This document shows positions 59,620 through 64,000 of a stretch of DNA of 64,000 nucleotides, one piece after another. The position numbers and the translations under genes were made by a program. The stretch's first letter is position 1. Every line of letters starts with the position of its first letter. The stretch spans positions 736,001-800,000 of the forward strand of contig JAXHMG010000003.1 in assembly GCA_034521595.1 (NCBI GenBank), given 5' to 3'. This stretch comes from Gemmatimonadota bacterium. Lineage in GTDB: Bacteria > Gemmatimonadota > Gemmatimonadetes > Longimicrobiales > Gaopeijiaceae. The notes under the pieces were generated by a model. The model saw only the letters and a list, made by a program, of their open reading frames with translations, did no database searches and was not told where the DNA came from.

Positions 59620-61119
59620 TCAGTCTCTGAGTGAAGCGCCGACCAGCGCCTCGAGTGCGGTCACGGCGTCGTGGTATGCGAACGCTGCCACGATGCTGTC
59701 GCTTTCAGCCCCTGAGAGGACCGTCTGTGCGTCCATCAGCTCCACGAAAGTGATGGCGCCCACCTGGTATCGCTCCCGGGCGAGTGTGAGTTGGCGTTCG
59801 GCTAGCTCACGGTTTCGCTCCTCCAGGAGCGCGCTCTCGTAGGCCGTACGTACCTCCGCGAGGGCGATGCGGAGATCCGCTTCCAACGCCAGCTCGAGCT
59901 CTCTGGCTTCGTGCACCAGATCGTCTCGTTGGACTCGAGCGGCCTCGAGGTTCCGCTGCCGGCTGAGACCCTGGAAGATCGGGATGCTGATGCCGAGGGA
60001 GATGCTGGGCGAGGACCGCTGAAAGCCGAAGGGGAATTGGTCGTTGGACTCGATGATCGCGCGGCGCTGGTCGTCGGTGAAGGCGAGCTGTGAGCAATCC
60101 GTCGTTGGCAAGGGGTCCGCCAGGCGGCTGTAGATTTCGTTCGTTCGCACGCAGCTCGCGATGTTCGAAGCCACTCTCGTCCGGGCTTGGGAGACGAGGA
60201 AATCCGGATCGCTGGCTTCCCGGGCGAAGCCTCCCCAGCCGGTCGAGATGGACAGGGTCGGTAGGTATGGAGAACGCGCGGCGCTCACTCCGAGGTCCGC
60301 TGCTTCGCGCGCGGCACGGGTGGCCCGCAAGTCCGGGTTTCGTTCCACGGCCAGCGAGCGGAGCGAGTCGAGGCTCCAGCGCGGCTCGTACAGCGTGAAG
60401 CGCGTCACCGGCTCCACGGGTTGATGGACGCGCACACCCATGCGCTGGAGGAGGCGCATGCGCGCGGTTTCCACCGCGTTCGCCGCTTGTAGAACCTGGA
60501 CCTCACTGCGTCCCACCTGGATCTCCGCCTGACCGACGTCGATCGGCGTGACCGTGCCGACCTCCAGCTGTCCCTCGGCGAGCCGAAGGTTGATGCGTGA
60601 GTTCTCGAGCTGCTGCTCGGCCGTGCGGTGCAGCTCTACCTGCCGGAGCATGTCTACATAGGCCGAAGTGACCGCGGCGGTGAGGTCGGTGGCCGCGACG
60701 TCGATCCGGGCCCGGGTCGTCTTCCGGTCCGCCCTCGCGCGCTCCGGCTCCCGGATCGTGGCCCAGTCGAGGGAGTAGTTGACGCCCAGGTTATAGCTCG
60801 AGAAGTAGTATGACGGCTGGTTCGTGAACCCGAGATCACCGGTGGTGAGGTTCCCGAGTTGCTGTTCTCCGGGGCCCTGCCAACTCACCTGACCGCCCAC
60901 GCTCGCCGAAGGTAGGAGCCCGCCGTACGCCTGCCGCACATTCCAGTCGGCGAGGCTCTCGTCATTACGAGCCCGCTGGTACGCGGGGCTGTTCCGCCGA
61001 GCGATCTCGAGGGCCTCATCCAGCGAGAGGCGTTCGGGGATCGGTTCCTGGGCGAGGGCGTCGGTGGTCAGGAGCGTGCACGCCAACCCGAGACCGAGCC
61101 CCCATCGCGAGATCCTCAT
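59620..61119 (-). CDS. TolC family outer membrane protein
   Basis: Signal peptide; LSLDEALEIARRNSP; ISIPIFQG; ERYQVG..TFVELMDAQ. Confidence 0.92.
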   Translation of the reverse strand: MRISRWGLGLGLACTLLTTDALAQEPIPERLSLDEALEIARRNSPAYQRARNDESLADWNVRQAYGGLLPSASVGGQVSWQGPGEQQLGNLTTGDLGFTNQPSYYFSSYNLGVNYSLDWATIREPERARADRKTTRARIDVAATDLTAAVTSAYVDMLRQVELHRTAEQQLENSRINLRLAEGQLEVGTVTPIDVGQAEIQVGRSEVQVLQAANAVETARMRLLQRMGVRVHQPVEPVTRFTLYEPRWSLDSLRSLAVERNPDLRATRAAREAADLGVSAARSPYLPTLSISTGWGGFAREASDPDFLVSQARTRVASNIASCVRTNEIYSRLADPLPTTDCSQLAFTDDQRRAIIESNDQFPFGFQRSSPSISLGISIPIFQGLSRQRNLEAARVQRDDLVHEARELELALEADLRIALAEVRTAYESALLEERNRELAERQLTLARERYQVGAITFVELMDAQTVLSGAESDSIVAAFAYHDAVTALEALVGASLRD

Positions 61120-61169
61120 GCGCTTGGTGCTTTCCCCTTTCCGCACGTGGAACCAATCGAGCGCGCCGA

Positions 61170-61185
61170 GAGTCCGTACGGACTC
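61170..61185. promoter_or_regulatory. Perfect 16-bp palindrome upstream of tolC (candidate operator)
   Basis: GAGTCCGTACGGACTC, about 50 bp before the tolC ATG. Confidence 0.4.
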
Positions 61186-61198
61186 CACTCGCCTTCGG

Positions 61199-61230
61199 TT
61201 TCGCGCAACTCGCGCGGGAGTTGCGCGAAA
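61199..61230. repeat. 13-bp perfect inverted repeat (hairpin; possible terminator or stabiliser)
   Basis: TTTCGCGCAACTC-N6-GAGTTGCGCGAAA. Confidence 0.6.
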
Positions 61231-61270
61231 GGCGCTCTCCGGAGTCCATGTGGCCCGCCGGAAAGCGGGC

Positions 61271-61966
61271 TCATCCGACGAGGTCCAGCCTCTCGGCGGT
61301 GTAGCCGAGCGCGGGAATCTCGACCCGGAGGACGCGTCCGAGGCGATCGTACCATACGATTCTCGTCTCCTCCGGGGCGTGGAGCTCGATGCGGCGAGCG
61401 GGGGTCGTGCGTCCGGCGAGTTGGATCTCGTCCTCGGTTCGGCGCTCAACGGAGAATGTTATCTGGGACCGCGTCCGGGGCTCGATCACGTGGACCTTCT
61501 CGCCCTCGCGCACATCCCGCAGGAAGTAGTAGTGGTGGGCCACGTCCCGGTCGAGGACGCGAGTTCCCTCGTGGGCCGCGAACTCCCGCTCCTCGTCGCC
61601 CCGAGGCGAACGCGCTACCGCCACGTAGCGCCGCCCGACCAGGGTCATCTGGAAGTCGAGGGAGTCCCGCCCGGTCACCTTCACCTGATAGCTGGCGGCC
61701 ACGCCCTCGGGCGGGGAAGCTCGGAGCAGGGGCCTGATCTCCTGACGGTCGACCGAGCTGCCTCTAGTGATGACTCCGGTGGCGAAGAACGCGTCTTCCC
61801 GACCGATCCCGGCCCGCCGGATGGAGAACTCCTCGGAGCCGACCTCTCGCCCGGCCACGCTCACCTGGAAGCGCCCCTCGTCGACTACGATGCCTTGCGC
61901 TCGGGTGTGGGTCGCCAAAACGAGCGTGGCGACGAGCAAGCAGAGACTACCGCATAGGGTGCGCAT
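61271..61966 (-). CDS. Secreted beta-rich hypothetical protein
   Basis: Signal peptide ..TRAQ; GREVGSEEFSI...WYDRLGRVLRVEIP. Confidence 0.7.
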   Translation of the reverse strand: MRTLCGSLCLLVATLVLATHTRAQGIVVDEGRFQVSVAGREVGSEEFSIRRAGIGREDAFFATGVITRGSSVDRQEIRPLLRASPPEGVAASYQVKVTGRDSLDFQMTLVGRRYVAVARSPRGDEEREFAAHEGTRVLDRDVAHHYYFLRDVREGEKVHVIEPRTRSQITFSVERRTEDEIQLAGRTTPARRIELHAPEETRIVWYDRLGRVLRVEIPALGYTAERLDLVG

Positions 61967-62050
61967 GACCCGCCGTTACCCCGTATCCGTGTCCATGGGT
62001 CCGGTCCGTCGGCATGGTGCCTCGAGCCGTCGCTCGAAGGCCACACCCGA

Positions 62051-62776
62051 TCAATCCGGAGAGGTCGGCGGGCGCTCCATGGCCGCGCTCAGCGCTGAGA
62101 CATATCGTTGGAAGATGGCCGCACCCTTGTTGGCTTCGCCCCTGCTCGGAGCACCCAGTGTGCCACCCGACTCGAGCGGGGGTGTCGGTGCCCGCCGGCG
62201 CGTGTATCTTCGGAGCGCTTGGTCGGTGGGGCGGAAGTCCGCGATCCGGTCGGTGTGGACGAGGTGGGGAGCGAGATGCAGCATGAGCGAGGTTTCGAGC
62301 TCACCCGCGTGCTCTACCCCGGGATCGCCGTCGAGGAGGTCCGACACGTCGACGCGATACAGGTCGTACACGGCGCTCACCGCAGTGCTCGTCAGCGCCA
62401 TGAGCAGTGCCTCGAGGTGAGGCTCGTACCGGTGGGCCGAGATGATGAGAAACTCGGCGATGCCGTGGTCCTCCCACAGGCCGAGAAGCTCGTTGATGGC
62501 ACGGTGAAGCGTCTTCCGCCGGAGGCCGACCGCTCCGGCGTACGGACCTCGGTCACCGATCGCTCCGTAGGAGAAGCACGGCGCACGCAGAATGCCGACT
62601 CGTTCGGAGAGGGCGCGGGCGACGTGTACCGCGATGTGACTGTTCGTCCCCAGTGGGAGGTGAGGCCCGTGTTGCTCCAAAGCGCCCACGGGGAGAATGA
62701 GTCGAGGGTCCCGGTCGATCGCATCTCGAATGTCGGGCCACGTGAGCTCGTCGAGCGCCCATGATGTTGCCGTCAC
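62051..62776 (-). CDS. Creatininase-family amidohydrolase (divergent)
   Basis: LTWPD, PVGALEQHGPHLPLGTN, HAGELETSLML; SD GAGGGGAG before GTG. Confidence 0.88.
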   Translation of the reverse strand: MTATSWALDELTWPDIRDAIDRDPRLILPVGALEQHGPHLPLGTNSHIAVHVARALSERVGILRAPCFSYGAIGDRGPYAGAVGLRRKTLHRAINELLGLWEDHGIAEFLIISAHRYEPHLEALLMALTSTAVSAVYDLYRVDVSDLLDGDPGVEHAGELETSLMLHLAPHLVHTDRIADFRPTDQALRRYTRRRAPTPPLESGGTLGAPSRGEANKGAAIFQRYVSALSAAMERPPTSPD

Positions 62777-64000
62777 CGTCGCAGCTCCCCTCTCGTTGGG
62801 TATCGGTCGCTTCGTGGCTCGGTCCTTGGCTCGCCACGGGTCTGCTTTCCATCTGGATTTCTTCTCCCACCCCGTGGCTTCTCGTGTCGGCCGCCCTCGC
62901 GATCGGCCCCGCCCTCTTCCGAGTCCGACGGACTGCGAAATACGGGCGGTCCGCGGCGCTCACGATTCTGGTGCTCACCGTCGTGACCGGATTCGTGGCG
63001 CACCACCGGGTCGACGGTCTGCTGAGCGGTTGGGACGCGTACTGGACGGAGCGTGAAGCACGGGTGGGTGAGGTTCTCGTGGAGCGGCTCGAGCAGCGCC
63101 AGACGCAAGCCGAGACGGCAGCCGACGCCCTCGCGGACAAGGCGATCGATCCGACCGACCAAGTCGACATCGAATTCGTGCGCAGGCTCCGAGCGCGGCA
63201 TCAGATCTCGGCCCTCGCCCTCTACGACGCCGAAGGTGGGCTCATACTCTGGGATGGCACCCACTGGGGCAAGGTCCCCGAGAGCGTTCAAGGTGGCTTC
63301 CTTCGGCATACGTACTACGACCGGCCCCTTTTCGGTTATCTGTACGTCACGGCCCTCACGGAGGATGGCAGGGTGGCCATGGCGGCCGATCTCCTCCGTG
63401 CCGATCTCCCCGAAGTGCTCGAGGCCGGGGTCGAAGACTTCGCCAGCCGCTTCCACTCCGAGCTCGGGGAGGAAGTCCGGGTCACGCAATACGATCCGGG
63501 TGCCAGGGAAGGCGTGTGGGACCTGGCGCTTCCGGACCGTAGGCTCATGAGCGTGGTGGTGGACCGTCCGGAACCCGAGCTGCGGGCCGCGGAGGTCATG
63601 GACCGATGGCGGAGCCGTATGGCCGCTTTGGTCCTGGTCTCTTGGGGTCTCCTCGCGATGGCGGCTCCTCCGCGCCGCCTCGTGGCGGGCGTTGGCGCTG
63701 TCGTTCTCCTCGCGATGGCCGCCGTGCTTCCCGTGGATGCCTTACCGGAAATGGAGCGTCTGTTCCGGGTCACGCTCTTCACGATGCCGGGCGGTCTCTC
63801 GCTGTCGCTGGGGCGGTGGGTGCTCGTGGCTCTCGCTTCGTGCACCGTGATGGCGGTCGTGCGGTTGCCCCGACGCAAACCGACGGCGTGGCTTTCCGGA
63901 CTCGTGGGTGGATTGGTCTACGCTGGCTTGCTCGCTTGGACGCGGACGGGAGGTGCTCCGTCATTCTTGGCGGAGGGGCGGCTCGAGTGGATCACGTACG
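62761..64000 (+). CDS. Large polytopic membrane protein, 3' truncated by window (possibly N-terminal sensor region of a histidine kinase)
   Basis: Open frame from ATG 62761 to window end, absent from the ORF track; TMs flank a periplasmic-like domain (ISALALYDAEGGLILWDG..YYDRPLFGYLYV); no kinase domain visible within the window. Confidence 0.6.
   Translation, partial: MMLPSPSQLPSRWVSVASWLGPWLATGLLSIWISSPTPWLLVSAALAIGPALFRVRRTAKYGRSAALTILVLTVVTGFVAHHRVDGLLSGWDAYWTEREARVGEVLVERLEQRQTQAETAADALADKAIDPTDQVDIEFVRRLRARHQISALALYDAEGGLILWDGTHWGKVPESVQGGFLRHTYYDRPLFGYLYVTALTEDGRVAMAADLLRADLPEVLEAGVEDFASRFHSELGEEVRVTQYDPGAREGVWDLALPDRRLMSVVVDRPEPELRAAEVMDRWRSRMAALVLVSWGLLAMAAPPRRLVAGVGAVVLLAMAAVLPVDALPEMERLFRVTLFTMPGGLSLSLGRWVLVALASCTVMAVVRLPRRKPTAWLSGLVGGLVYAGLLAWTRTGGAPSFLAEGRLEWITY

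Noticed and set aside
1-64000. CRISPR arrays, IS elements, prophage or defence genes
   Set aside because: No regularly spaced repeats, transposase, integrase or phage genes recognised by eye.

Overview
High-GC, gene-dense core-genome segment. Gene content and order suggest Gemmatimonadota (inference, not verified). It holds about 63 CDS, tRNA-Gln(TTG) and a small SRP RNA. I found no mobile element, CRISPR array or dispersed repeat. Main blocks: glmS-dtd-maf-glpK; a cytochrome c maturation operon (ccmE-F-[I-like/Zn-ribbon]-A-B-C-D) with a CxxxY-type CcmE; tesB/corA; recA, alaS, gmhA, cca, rarA, hflX, pdxJ; ispE-tRNA-Gln-(insert)-prs-rplY-pth; hppA; rpsF/rpsR-DUF2232-rplI-rsfS; smc; aroF; ffs-dnaX-ybaB-recR-mglA-pgsA-cinA-grpE-dnaJ; and on the minus strand a creatininase-like gene, a secreted protein, TolC-MFP-two MacB-type permeases (no ATPase), bshB1, cysteine desulfurase and mnmA. 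The most unusual signals are: (1) ribosomal proteins S6 and S18 encoded as one uninterrupted ORF joined by an acidic linker, behind a structured leader; (2) an SRP RNA whose GNRA tetraloop is replaced by a CCGCA pentaloop; (3) mglA without mglB; (4) a Walker-A-less BY-kinase/MinD-like membrane protein coupled to smc, plus an orphan CpsB-type phosphatase; (5) an ATPase-less tripartite exporter coupled to bshB1, with a palindrome-rich leader. All family calls come from motif recognition by eye; no searches were run.
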